From NCBI GenBank assembly GCA_028286645.1, contig JAQBRF010000004.1, forward strand, positions 205,192 to 269,191: DNA of 64,000 nucleotides, given 5' to 3'. The translations under genes were made by a program, and so were the position numbers. This stretch comes from Candidatus Nomurabacteria bacterium. Its GTDB lineage: Bacteria > Patescibacteriota > Minisyncoccia > Phycocordibacterales > UBA5272. The notes under the pieces were generated by a model, which saw nothing but the letters and a program-made list of their open reading frames with translations, searched no databases and was not told where the DNA came from. Every line of letters begins with the position of its first letter. Position 1 is the first letter of the stretch. This document shows positions 18,376 to 27,632 of this stretch, piece after piece.

Positions 18376-18909
18376 ATGAATGTAGTTACAAACAGGCCGA
18401 AATTCCTTACGAAAGCGATAGCTCGCGAAGCCGTCGTGCGCGTTCTCGGTAGCTTGACAGCATTCCCTGAGATCGACCCCATGAGACTTCATGTCGTCAT
18501 TATGGTGCCGCAGATGCTCGTACCAAGCGGAGTCCGCTGGCGTGGTGATCAGCCCGCTCCGTACAGCATTCATCCGTACGTGCTCTACGAACACTCCGAA
18601 GGCAAAGGAGGGTGGGATGTGCATCTCGATGAAATTGCCAAAGAAAAGGCCCTGGCCCTCTGGATCGGCTTCGCTGACGGAAGCCTCTCTCCCGTCCCAC
18701 ACCTCCTCATGGAGGGAGCCACCAAGTGGGTCGGCGGAGTGAAGCGGGATTGGCTTGTTGTTGCCTGCTCGGGATCCAAGTCGCATGCGGACCGCCTGAT
18801 TTCTGAAACAATCGCTTCGGTCCTCATATTCCTCACGCAGCATGACTGGGAAGAAAGCGAAGAGAAGAAAAACCGGGAGATCGACTTCATCGGCGAAAAA
18901 CTGTCGTAA
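18376..18909 (+). CDS. hypothetical protein (GC-rich insert)
   Basis: RBS gaagagg 8 nt before the ATG at 18376 (MNVVTNRPKF...). Terminator directly after the stop on the + strand. The antisense ORF is a shadow ORF. Confidence 0.5.
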   Translation: MNVVTNRPKFLTKAIAREAVVRVLGSLTAFPEIDPMRLHVVIMVPQMLVPSGVRWRGDQPAPYSIHPYVLYEHSEGKGGWDVHLDEIAKEKALALWIGFADGSLSPVPHLLMEGATKWVGGVKRDWLVVACSGSKSHADRLISETIASVLIFLTQHDWEESEEKKNREIDFIGEKLS

Positions 18910-18924
18910 TAAGCCCATCAACAA

Positions 18925-18955
18925 CCCCGCCAAAGAAGCGGGGAGTTTTTATTTC
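18925..18955 (+). terminator. intrinsic terminator
   Basis: ccccgc-caaagaa-gcgggg followed by agtttttattt. Confidence 0.6.
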
Positions 18956-18960
18956 AAAAA

Positions 18961-19440
18961 TTATATTTTACTGAGTTCATCTAATATTGCTTTATTATCT
19001 GCTTTTAGCCGGCGCACTCCAGGAGATTGAGTATTCTCTGCCATATTTATGGCGTCATGATAGGCGTCCGTGGCTTGCTCTAGAAAATTAGCAGCAAACA
19101 AAATCTTGGCTTGCTCTACAAGGAAAACGAAAGTGCTCGTTTCAATGGCTTCCGTAGTGTTTTCCACTTGCATGTGCTCTTCTTCTCTTAAAATGATGTA
19201 ATCAACATAAGGTTGTACGTCTTCTTTATGGGTAAGCAATTTAAGTACCACTTCCTGTTGTCTTCTGGTTAAAAGCCCTTCAATAGTTTCTATAGCTTTG
19301 TGGCCAATGGGAGTGGTGGGAAGGATGGGAGAAATAGCCATTGCTCCTAAAGTTCCTAAAAAATTTCTTCTTCCCTGATTTACTTTCTCAACAGGTGGAA
19401 CTTCTGGGCCATTTTGTTTCTCAGGGTTTCTTTGTTCCAT
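18961..19440 (-). CDS. hypothetical protein with twin-arginine signal
   Basis: N-terminal RRNFLGTLGAMAISPIL is a Tat-type signal. Confidence 0.45.
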   Translation of the reverse strand: MEQRNPEKQNGPEVPPVEKVNQGRRNFLGTLGAMAISPILPTTPIGHKAIETIEGLLTRRQQEVVLKLLTHKEDVQPYVDYIILREEEHMQVENTTEAIETSTFVFLVEQAKILFAANFLEQATDAYHDAINMAENTQSPGVRRLKADNKAILDELSKI

Positions 19441-19533
19441 TTGTTTATTATACAGATTTTATAAATAAAATGCCGGCTCTTGTTTTACAGATAGGCCGAC
19501 TATGTATTTTTCATATTATTGATCTCCAGTGAA

Positions 19534-19734
19534 TTATTTAAAAAGAAATTCATCTTTTTCTACTTTAACTTTTAACTTTCTTCTATCAGCTTCTTGTCTC
19601 ATAATTTTCCACACAGGAAGAGTTCTTGGCTTGCCATCGGGCTGGACTAGGTAAGCTTCGATTTCTTCGTCTTCCCATTCGTCGACATTTACTGTTCCGT
19701 CAGATTTGATCAAACGTTCCCAATTTATCGCCAT
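19534..19734 (-). CDS. small acidic hypothetical protein
   Basis: RBS aaagggggc before Met (MAINWERL...); 66 aa. Confidence 0.35.
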   Translation of the reverse strand: MAINWERLIKSDGTVNVDEWEDEEIEAYLVQPDGKPRTLPVWKIMRQEADRRKLKVKVEKDEFLFK

Positions 19735-19880
19735 GATAAGCCCCCTTTCTTTAGGCAATAGTTCCAAGTTAGTGTAACTGACAATTAGAATAATGCCTGT
19801 TGACAACTTCGTAAATAATAGAGATCATATATATTGAGGTACCCAATTTGGGTGCCATAGCCAAGAGAAAGGAAAAGAGG

Positions 19881-20186
19881 ATGTCCAAAAGAGTTCCTAT
19901 CCATGAAGGGGTGGAAATCCCAGTTCCACTCCCTCTCGTTGAAAGAATGGCCGAGTATCTGGAAAAATACCCCGCGCGGCAAAATATTGTGCGGAGAATC
20001 CATGACACTCTTCGAAGGGAAGGTAAGCGATACTTCGCAATTGTGTTGAAGACCGATCTGGAAACCATCCGTGCCCTAAAAGGGAACGGCGGGTGGCAGG
20101 GATTGATGCGTGAACTTGTGGGCATCAAAAAGTGGCTGGTGCCCAAAAAGAAAAGAAAAGCCCGGAGAAAAGCAAAAAAGAAGTAG
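19881..20186 (+). CDS. small basic hypothetical protein, possibly RHH-like
   Basis: RBS aaaggaaaagagg before MSKRVPIH; lysine/arginine-rich C-terminal tail; GC-rich. Confidence 0.4.
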   Translation: MSKRVPIHEGVEIPVPLPLVERMAEYLEKYPARQNIVRRIHDTLRREGKRYFAIVLKTDLETIRALKGNGGWQGLMRELVGIKKWLVPKKKRKARRKAKKK

Positions 20187-20202
20187 ATTAAGATGAGAAG
20201 CT

Positions 20203-20282
20203 GGCCGCGCCAACCGCGGTCAGCTATTTTATTTAAATATTAGACAAATTTAAACCGCGAGTTGCCCCGCGGCTTTCCTGTG
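20203..20282. terminator. pair of GC-rich hairpins (bidirectional terminators)
   Basis: ccgcg-ccaa-ccgcgg followed by agctattttattt; second hairpin ccgcgagttgccccgcgg serves the minus-strand gene. Confidence 0.5.
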
Positions 20283-20291
20283 TGAGTTTCG

Positions 20292-20885
20292 TCAGAAGAA
20301 TGACCTGAAGTACGGCGCCCACCCTCCGCTTGCGAGCATGGCCTTCCATACGATATCTATTCCTTTAAAGGCCGGTACGGCCATAAGGAGCGTAAGCCAC
20401 GTCGCCGGAACTGACCATGCCACCACGCTGAAAGGAAGTCCGATGATACGGAAGCAGCTAACCAGCATGACTCGATTCTGCGGAAGAAGCCAATTTTCTC
20501 CAATGGTGGGGGCTACTGCAGTGCTGGGCGGCGAGAAGAAACCACCGAGCATGATCATTCCCATGCCTTTCTCCCCACTGAGCACTTGCAGGACAAACGC
20601 GCTATGATACTTTGCGAGCATCATCCCCATCGCCATGACGGGAATAACGACCACCAGTGTCAGGAATATCCCCGCACTTGTTTGGATGCTCATCGGCATG
20701 ATCTTCTTCAGAGCCGGCATACCACCCGCGTGATACAAGGCGCCGAGTAGTATTGCCCCAACGAGAAGAATGGGAGCCGCTTGTACTCCCGGGACCAGAA
20801 GAAACTTTTTCCACGTCATCGGCACTTCCGTGTAGATTCCGTAGAAGGTGAGCGCGAGCCCAATAGCAATGAATGTTTTACCCAT
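20292..20885 (-). CDS. polytopic membrane protein (GC-rich insert)
   Basis: RBS aaaggggggaaga before MGKTFIAIGL; 5-6 TM helices. Confidence 0.45.
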   Translation of the reverse strand: MGKTFIAIGLALTFYGIYTEVPMTWKKFLLVPGVQAAPILLVGAILLGALYHAGGMPALKKIMPMSIQTSAGIFLTLVVVIPVMAMGMMLAKYHSAFVLQVLSGEKGMGMIMLGGFFSPPSTAVAPTIGENWLLPQNRVMLVSCFRIIGLPFSVVAWSVPATWLTLLMAVPAFKGIDIVWKAMLASGGWAPYFRSFF

Positions 20886-21082
20886 GTCTTCCCCCCTTTT
20901 CGAAGAGCAACAGTCCAATATTGGATAATCTTATTATACCTTAAATATAACTATCTGTCAATTAGATATTAATGTTTTTCCATTGCCAAATATGAAGAAA
21001 TAGTGTATTTTTTGTCTTAAGGATCAAATTGCTCATTTCATTTACCCAATACGCAGTAATTAAGTGCGCGAGGAATAAGCCG

Positions 21083-22027
21083 ATGGATAATTTCGAGGTA
21101 AAGCCAAAAGTCATCTTTATCGATGATCGACCTGATGTTGTCGCAGGGCGAGCCAAGATCTTGGAAGGAATGGGTTATCTGGTACAGATCTACTCAACCT
21201 CCGGGCAAGCTCTGGAAGCTGTCCATGACCTAAATGATCCCACCATCGTCTTTGTTGACATGGATATGGGGCCGGGAGAGGCAACAGGAGTTCAGATCGT
21301 AGCTTACTGGGATGAGAATCATCGCGCGCCTCTAACGATTTGGGCATATACCGCTGATTCCACTTCTAAGACCGAAACCCGCTTCCGAAGAGCGGGGGCC
21401 GACGGGGTTGTAAGTAAGACGTGCGATTTCGATACCTTCATGGGAGTAATGTATTCCGCAATACGATTTCTTCGAAAGGAGCAGCGTGCGACCAGAGACA
21501 AACTAACTCAAATCCCAAACCGGGATGAGGGTTTTATCCGAGGAGAGAAGCTGTTAGACGTGGCTCAGCGGGAGGAAAAGCCCCTGATCGGTATCATGTT
21601 CGACCTCGATGACTTCAAAAGCTATAACACCAAGTACACTCACCCAAGAGCGGATCGCATCCTCGTCCATGTTGTTCGGATGGCAAAAGCTCATCTTCGT
21701 AAAGCAGACGAGTTCTTCCGTTACGGAGGTGAAGAGTTTGTGGTCCTGTGCCACGATGCGCCGGATATCGACTTTGCTCTGAACCTTGAAGAGGCCTTAA
21801 ACACTGCATTACTCACAACCCTCACAGATTTGGGAGGGGGAGACCACGATACGTGTTGTGTGACCTTCGGCATTTGTCTCATATCAAAAGATGTGGAAGG
21901 CAGTGAGTACACAATGTCATATCTAGTGGACCAAACCGCCGTTAGCCTTCGGGAGCGTAAGAAGACCAAGTACGACAGGAAGGACGCATTACTCAAAAAA
22001 ATTAAAGAAGCGGCGAGGGAATTATGA
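21083..22027 (+). CDS. response regulator receiver + GGDEF diguanylate cyclase
   Basis: N-terminal REC (VIFIDDRPDV....VFVDMDMGPGEATG) and a GGDEF domain with intact GGEEF plus RxxD-like region; RBS aggaataag. Confidence 0.7.
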   Translation: MDNFEVKPKVIFIDDRPDVVAGRAKILEGMGYLVQIYSTSGQALEAVHDLNDPTIVFVDMDMGPGEATGVQIVAYWDENHRAPLTIWAYTADSTSKTETRFRRAGADGVVSKTCDFDTFMGVMYSAIRFLRKEQRATRDKLTQIPNRDEGFIRGEKLLDVAQREEKPLIGIMFDLDDFKSYNTKYTHPRADRILVHVVRMAKAHLRKADEFFRYGGEEFVVLCHDAPDIDFALNLEEALNTALLTTLTDLGGGDHDTCCVTFGICLISKDVEGSEYTMSYLVDQTAVSLRERKKTKYDRKDALLKKIKEAAREL

Positions 22028-22106
22028 GAACAAACAGCCCAAAGGAATCAGGTGACGCGGCCCAAGAGTTGCGACACCTGTTTTATTTTGTAAAGACAAA
22101 TTCAGA

Positions 22107-23966
22107 TTAAATCAATTCCTTAGATTTTTCCAGACAAGTAATCGCTTTCTTTAAATCAACTTTATCTTTTAATATACCTTCCCACACGTCTCCATATTTA
22201 TGTATTCGTTTGAAAATTGTTTTAATAGTAAACTTTTTCGGATTTAACCCTTTTTTAACTTCAGCCCATTTAAGAGGGGTAGAGACTGTGGCGTCTTCTG
22301 TGGGACGAAGAGAGTATGGCGCGGCGATAGTTTGACCGATGTTATTTTGGAGGTAATCTAAATATATTTTCTTTTTTCTTTTTGCCGGTGATCTTTCCAA
22401 ACTTGTAATTTCCGGAAGCTTTTTGTTTACAATCTTTACTAAAAGTTCTGAGAAGTTTTTAACTTGTTCGAATGGATATTTGGCTCCAAGCGGCACGAAA
22501 ATGTGAATGCCCGTTTTCCCCGAAGTTTTTACGTAACTTTTTTCACACGACATATCTAAAACTTTTTTTACTTCTTGCGCTACTTTAATGAGTTCGTCTA
22601 ATGTGTTTTCTCCCGGATCTAAATCAATCACCATCCAATCTGGATAGTCTGGTTTAGCAATGCGCGAGTTCCATGGATTTATCTCGATGCATCCTAAGTT
22701 TGCCATATAAAGAAGTGTTTCTTTATTTTGGCATACTATATAATTCACATCTTCTTTCGTTGAATCTGCAGTTCTTTTGTATGTACTTACAAAGGGAGGT
22801 AATTCCCCTGTTACGTTCTTTTGGAAAAAGTTAGGCTTTCCTACCCCATTTGGATGGCGATTAAGAGATTCCGGTCGATCTTTTAAATATTTTAAAATTA
22901 TGGGCGAGATTTTTTCGTAGTAATTAATCACATCGCCTTTGGTTACATTTCCTTTCGGAAAGTAGACTTTATCTAAGTGAGTTAATTCTGCCTTTTGTTT
23001 TATATTATTTGACTTTATAGTTTTTGTTTTCATGATTTTTACTTTTTCTTTTTTAACTTCTCTAATTTTTTTATCTTCTCGGAGGCCCAGGTAAACCGGC
23101 TGCCGCATGATACCGCCCCCTGTCCATTCAGCGAACTTTATTTGAGCAATAAGCGATGGCTTAATCCAAGTAATAGGAGAATTAAGCGGGACTTTCGATT
23201 TAAAGGGAGAATTTGAGACTTTAAGAGTCTTCATCTGTGAATAAAGATCTTTAAGAATTGTTTGATTAAATCCGGTTCCGGTATGTCCGACGAAAGTAAA
23301 CTCACCATTATCTTTATATTGTCCTAAAACCAATGACCCGAAATAACTTCTAGATCCTTTAGGCTCCGTAAATCCGGCTATTATCGCTTCATCGCCTTGA
23401 TGATGTTTTATTTTCAGCCAAGACTCGCTTCTTTTGTTTGGCGTATATTTGCTATTTATTTCTTTGGCCATTATTCCTTCCAGATTTTTACTGACTGCCT
23501 GTTTAAATAATTCCTTTCCTTTCCCTTTTACATGGCTAGAATAAGTTAGCTTCGGGTATTTCTTTAGTATATTTTCCAAAATATCTTTTCGTTCTAAAAG
23601 TGGCTTATACATAATATTTTTCCCTTCAAAATAAAGCAGATCGAAAATAACATACTCTATCTTAATATCCTTATTGCTTTCCATATTTTGCAAACTTTGA
23701 AATGAAGCATTTCCACTTTTGTCATATGCAACTATTTCCCCGTCAAATAAAACATTTTCTTTAACTTTCTTTAGTAAATTTACAATATCAGGATACTTTT
23801 CTGTAAAGCTCTTTAAGTTTCTAGAATACAAATCCACCTTTCTCTCGTTAACCTCCGCAAGGGCTCGGTATCCGTCTAATTTTATTTCATATATATAATC
23901 TTCGCTATCAAATGGAGCATTTGCTAAGGTCGCAAGCATTGGCTTAATTTTAGTAATTTTATTCAT
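22107..23966 (-). CDS. ligD: ATP-dependent DNA ligase LigD (ligase + polymerase/primase domains)
   Basis: KxDG motif EIKLDGYR in the N-terminal ligase domain; C-terminal LigD Pol domain (...KTSGKTGIHIFVPL...). Confidence 0.75.
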   Translation of the reverse strand: MNKITKIKPMLATLANAPFDSEDYIYEIKLDGYRALAEVNERKVDLYSRNLKSFTEKYPDIVNLLKKVKENVLFDGEIVAYDKSGNASFQSLQNMESNKDIKIEYVIFDLLYFEGKNIMYKPLLERKDILENILKKYPKLTYSSHVKGKGKELFKQAVSKNLEGIMAKEINSKYTPNKRSESWLKIKHHQGDEAIIAGFTEPKGSRSYFGSLVLGQYKDNGEFTFVGHTGTGFNQTILKDLYSQMKTLKVSNSPFKSKVPLNSPITWIKPSLIAQIKFAEWTGGGIMRQPVYLGLREDKKIREVKKEKVKIMKTKTIKSNNIKQKAELTHLDKVYFPKGNVTKGDVINYYEKISPIILKYLKDRPESLNRHPNGVGKPNFFQKNVTGELPPFVSTYKRTADSTKEDVNYIVCQNKETLLYMANLGCIEINPWNSRIAKPDYPDWMVIDLDPGENTLDELIKVAQEVKKVLDMSCEKSYVKTSGKTGIHIFVPLGAKYPFEQVKNFSELLVKIVNKKLPEITSLERSPAKRKKKIYLDYLQNNIGQTIAAPYSLRPTEDATVSTPLKWAEVKKGLNPKKFTIKTIFKRIHKYGDVWEGILKDKVDLKKAITCLEKSKELI

Positions 23967-23976
23967 ATCTGTCTTT

Positions 23977-24585
23977 TTATTTTTTAAGTTTGCTTATTTT
24001 TTCTTTATATTTTGTCGTATCTTCCTTTCTGCCAATAAGCATTCTTCCAGAAAGAACAGAACGAGGATCAGCTGTTACATCGTCGCTTGTAGCGTAATTA
24101 TCTTTTCCTTTTACAAGCATCCAGCCTTTTTGATCTCCTAATCTAAAAAGAGAAAATAATCCCTTTAGCTTTTCGCCTTCTATTATGAATTTAAACTTAC
24201 CGCTCTTTAATCCTCTAAGAAATTCCTTCTCGCTTTCATCTCTTTCATCTGTATTTTCACTATGATATATTCCTTTATCCCAAACTATAACGTCTCCTGC
24301 GCCATAATTTCCTTCCGGAATGCTTCCCTCAAATGTATTGTAGGAAATGGGATGATCTTCTGTCGGCATGGCGAGGCGCTTAATAGACGGATCCATGGAA
24401 GGGCCTTTAGGAACTGCCCAGCTTTTCATCACTCCTTCCATTTCTAATCGAAAGTCATAATGAAGGTGGGATGCGTCATGCTTTTGAACTACAAATCTTA
24501 AGCCACTTGACTTCTTTTGCTTTGTCCCTTTTGGCTCCGGTGTTTGCTCAAACTTTCTTTTTTTATTATATAAAGTAAGTGACAT
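23977..24585 (-). CDS. LigD 3'-phosphoesterase (PE) domain protein, stand-alone
   Basis: RFVVQKHDASHLHYDFRLE is the hallmark of the LigD PE domain. Confidence 0.7.
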   Translation of the reverse strand: MSLTLYNKKRKFEQTPEPKGTKQKKSSGLRFVVQKHDASHLHYDFRLEMEGVMKSWAVPKGPSMDPSIKRLAMPTEDHPISYNTFEGSIPEGNYGAGDVIVWDKGIYHSENTDERDESEKEFLRGLKSGKFKFIIEGEKLKGLFSLFRLGDQKGWMLVKGKDNYATSDDVTADPRSVLSGRMLIGRKEDTTKYKEKISKLKK

Positions 24586-24596
24586 GGTTAATATGT

Positions 24597-25379
24597 TTAA
24601 CCCCGTACAGTTTCTTTCTCCAGGCTTTTCTTTAAAAGCTTCATCAAGTCTTTCATCTGGGTATCGGTTCTTTCTTTTTGGTGGGCTGGTGCTTTTACTT
24701 TTTTACCCTTTGCTTTCGCTTCGATCACTTCCTTAAGTTCATCGACATAAGTATCTTTAAATTTCTTTGGATCAAATTTGCTGGTGAGCTGTTTTATAAG
24801 CGTGGTGGCGACACTAAACTCACCATCCGAATAATTCGCGGACTTTGGAATCGCGAGGTCTTTTGTATCTTTTATCTCATCTCTGAAACGAAGCTGGTTT
24901 AAAACAAGAACGTCTCCATCTGGCTTAATCGCTGCAATGTGCTCTTTATCTCTCATGACGAACCTCGCTATTGCGACCTTTTTAGACTTTTCTAAAGCAT
25001 CGCGCAAAAGAAGATATGCTTTTCCCGCCTTTTTATCGGGCTCTATATAATATGGCTTTTCATAATACTTGCTTTCAATATCCTCTTCATCAGAAAATTG
25101 AACGATATCAATTAGATCGGTTTTCTTCGGGGCGGCTTTTTTGAAATCTGATTCATCTAAAATAATATAATCTCCTTTTTGATATTCATATCCTTTAACA
25201 ATGTCTTCTTGGGGTATTTCTTTATGGTTATCACGGCAAACTTTTATATATGAAACAGGGCAATTCCCATGCTTATCAAATAACTTAAAACTAAGCGCCC
25301 GCTCCTCAGACGCGCTATAGAGCTTAACCGGAATGTTAATTAATCCAAACGAGAGAGAACCAGTCCATAATGATCTCAT
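24597..25379 (-). CDS. ku: Ku DNA end-binding protein
   Basis: MRSLWTGSLSFGLINIPVKLYSA is the typical bacterial Ku N-terminus; operon with the LigD genes. Confidence 0.75.
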   Translation of the reverse strand: MRSLWTGSLSFGLINIPVKLYSASEERALSFKLFDKHGNCPVSYIKVCRDNHKEIPQEDIVKGYEYQKGDYIILDESDFKKAAPKKTDLIDIVQFSDEEDIESKYYEKPYYIEPDKKAGKAYLLLRDALEKSKKVAIARFVMRDKEHIAAIKPDGDVLVLNQLRFRDEIKDTKDLAIPKSANYSDGEFSVATTLIKQLTSKFDPKKFKDTYVDELKEVIEAKAKGKKVKAPAHQKERTDTQMKDLMKLLKKSLEKETVRG

Positions 25380-25446
25380 AATATTATAAATTAAGGCTTA
25401 TAATCCCTAATTACCATGACGTCTTAAGCTCATTTAACCTTACGAG

Positions 25447-25893
25447 TTAGTCTAATGAGTATGGAAGCCTCTTAGCGGGAGACATGGTAGTTTTAGGATC
25501 TTCTATCCAATCGTTATTCACATCTACGTATAATTCAAGTTCGTTGTTATCTGGATCTAACATATAAAGACTATGCGTAACATGGTGATCTGTAGCTCCG
25601 ACTACCGTAACTCCTTTTTCTAGCAATTCTTTATAGGCAGACTTCAGTTCGTCTGGGGTATTCCCTATTTTAAATCCGATATGATATAGACCTGGGGTTG
25701 GACGCGATTCTTCTTTAGGATTTCCACCCACTTCAATTAAAAGCAACTCGTGATGAGTTCTTCCGGAAGAAAATAAAGCAGTGTGTAGATCTCTATGGAT
25801 TTCTTTAAACCCTAAAATATCTTTATAAAAATCCGCAGATTTCTTCAAATTAGAAACATAAAGCACCACGTGGCCAAGTTCATGAATTTTCAT
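25447..25893 (-). CDS. VOC family protein (glyoxalase/bleomycin-resistance/dioxygenase fold)
   Basis: HVVLYVSNLKKSADFYKDILGF. Confidence 0.55.
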   Translation of the reverse strand: MKIHELGHVVLYVSNLKKSADFYKDILGFKEIHRDLHTALFSSGRTHHELLLIEVGGNPKEESRPTPGLYHIGFKIGNTPDELKSAYKELLEKGVTVVGATDHHVTHSLYMLDPDNNELELYVDVNNDWIEDPKTTMSPAKRLPYSLD

Positions 25894-25902
25894 ACTGTAA
25901 AG

Positions 25903-25945
25903 TATACCCCCACACTAATTTAAAAGAAATTAGTGTGGGGGTATA
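25903..25945. promoter_or_regulatory. 43-bp near-perfect palindrome in a divergent intergenic region
   Basis: tatacccccacactaatt-taaaagaa-attagtgtgggggtata gives an 18-bp stem. On the minus-strand mRNA it would pair the gggggt SD-like run 10 nt before the VOC ATG. Confidence 0.5.
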
Positions 25946-26056
25946 GGAAAGCCAATCCCCATATTTAAGTCATAATTTAACAATATCTTGCTATACTTTA
26001 TGTATTCAGGAGTGTCTTTCTCGTGGGAGAAATAGGATATTTCCTTATATTATTTT

Positions 26057-27496
26057 ATGAAATCCTTTCCAGAGGTGTTTTGCATAGTCGATACTGAAAC
26101 CACAGGCATGCGGGCAGAATTTTCGCGTGTAATAGATATCGGTATTATAAGAGTGGAAAAAGGAAAAGTGGTAAAAAGATACGAGACACTTATAAACCCA
26201 GGATTTACACTTCCTGGAAATATTATTTCCATCACTGGAATTAATGACAAGGATTTAATAGAGGCGCCGACTTTTGATGAAGTGGCTCTTGAAATTGAAA
26301 GCATGCTGAAGGACGCTGTGTTTGTCGCCCATAATGCAGCATTTGATTATTCATTTATACAAAATGAGTTTAAGAGAATTGGTATAGACTTCAAGGCTCC
26401 GACACTTTGCAGTGTAAAATTATCCCGCGCTCTTTATACAAAAGAAAAACGCCACAATCTAGACGCTTTAATTGAAAGACATAATATTCCTTGCTCAGAA
26501 AGACATAGAGCCATGCCGGACGCGGAAGCGGTGCTCACATTCTTCGAAACCATTACTAAAGAATTTAAAAGTATAGCGATCAAGGAAGCGGTAGATAAAA
26601 TTATTGGCGGTACTTCTACAAGGAATAATTTAACAAATTTGCCCGATGGCGCAGGAGTTTACTTCTTTTATGGAGATGATCAAGAACTTCTTTATATAGG
26701 AAAAAGCAAACATATACGCACCAGAGTTCGTTCTCACTTTCATAAAAGTCCTGAGGGGAAACAAAAAAGAATTCAAGGAGAAACATCCCGCATTGAGACA
26801 ATTCAAACTTCGGGAGAACTTTCTGCTCTTATCTTGGAAGCAAACTTAATCAAAGCGAAATCCCCTATCTATAACAGAGCGCTAAGAAATAGAAGAAAAC
26901 TTGTTTTAGCCAAAGTCTCGCCGAGCGTGAACGGATATAACAAAGTAAATCTAGAATGGACAACTGATTTAGCGCCGGATAGTACGATAGTTTCAGTTTT
27001 TAGAAGCATGGCTCAGGCAAAGGCAAAGCTTCAGGAAATTGCAAAAGAAAATAAGTTATGCGAAAAGCTTTTAAATATAGATAAAAATAACGGAGCCTGT
27101 TTTAGTCATCAAATAAGAATCTGTGATGGTGCATGCTTAGGTAAAATTACCGCAGAAGCTCATAACAAAAGAATAAATGATGTGTTTGCATCCAGAAGAA
27201 TAAAGACCTGGCCCTATAATGGTACAGTTCTTATAACTGAACAGGATAACCAAGAGAGAGGAACGTTATTCTTTATTGATAACTGGGTGCTAAGAGGTGC
27301 ATTTAAATTCGATGGGGAAAGTTATGAACAATTAATGGAACATAACAGCTCTTTTGATTACGATACTTACAAAATCCTTACCAGATACATGCTTAATAAG
27401 ACTAACAAAAGAAATATTAAGGTTTTATCTCCAAAAGAATATAAAATCCACCACGAAAAATGCACTGGAAGCTATGAAAATACGGTTTATATTTAA
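26057..27496 (+). CDS. DnaQ-like 3'-5' exonuclease fused to GIY-YIG (UvrC/Cho-like) nuclease domain
   Basis: Exo motifs IVDTETTG, FVAHNAAFD, H....D; C-terminal GVYFFYGDDQELLYIGKSKHIRTRVRSH (GIY-YIG). Confidence 0.7.
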   Translation: MKSFPEVFCIVDTETTGMRAEFSRVIDIGIIRVEKGKVVKRYETLINPGFTLPGNIISITGINDKDLIEAPTFDEVALEIESMLKDAVFVAHNAAFDYSFIQNEFKRIGIDFKAPTLCSVKLSRALYTKEKRHNLDALIERHNIPCSERHRAMPDAEAVLTFFETITKEFKSIAIKEAVDKIIGGTSTRNNLTNLPDGAGVYFFYGDDQELLYIGKSKHIRTRVRSHFHKSPEGKQKRIQGETSRIETIQTSGELSALILEANLIKAKSPIYNRALRNRRKLVLAKVSPSVNGYNKVNLEWTTDLAPDSTIVSVFRSMAQAKAKLQEIAKENKLCEKLLNIDKNNGACFSHQIRICDGACLGKITAEAHNKRINDVFASRRIKTWPYNGTVLITEQDNQERGTLFFIDNWVLRGAFKFDGESYEQLMEHNSSFDYDTYKILTRYMLNKTNKRNIKVLSPKEYKIHHEKCTGSYENTVYI

Positions 27497-27632
27497 AAAC
27501 TAGACATGAGTTAAAATTTTTGGGATAGTATTTATAGGATGTGCAAGCATCCTTCCTGAGACGAAGTTATTCAGAATGACAAACTAACGCTAAATTAAAC
27601 AAGGAAAAATTTACCAGTTAATTAAATTAAAT

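Noticed and set aside
18274-18933. 219-aa minus-strand ORF and several 60-100-aa ORFs antisense or out of frame to the 18376-18909 gene
   Set aside because: An intrinsic terminator sits immediately after the + strand stop. The minus ORF has Arg-rich low-complexity composition. Only one can be real and the + frame is better supported.
21117-21996. Multiple 60-90-aa minus-strand ORFs inside the REC-GGDEF gene
   Set aside because: Antisense shadow ORFs. The + frame carries complete REC and GGDEF motifs.
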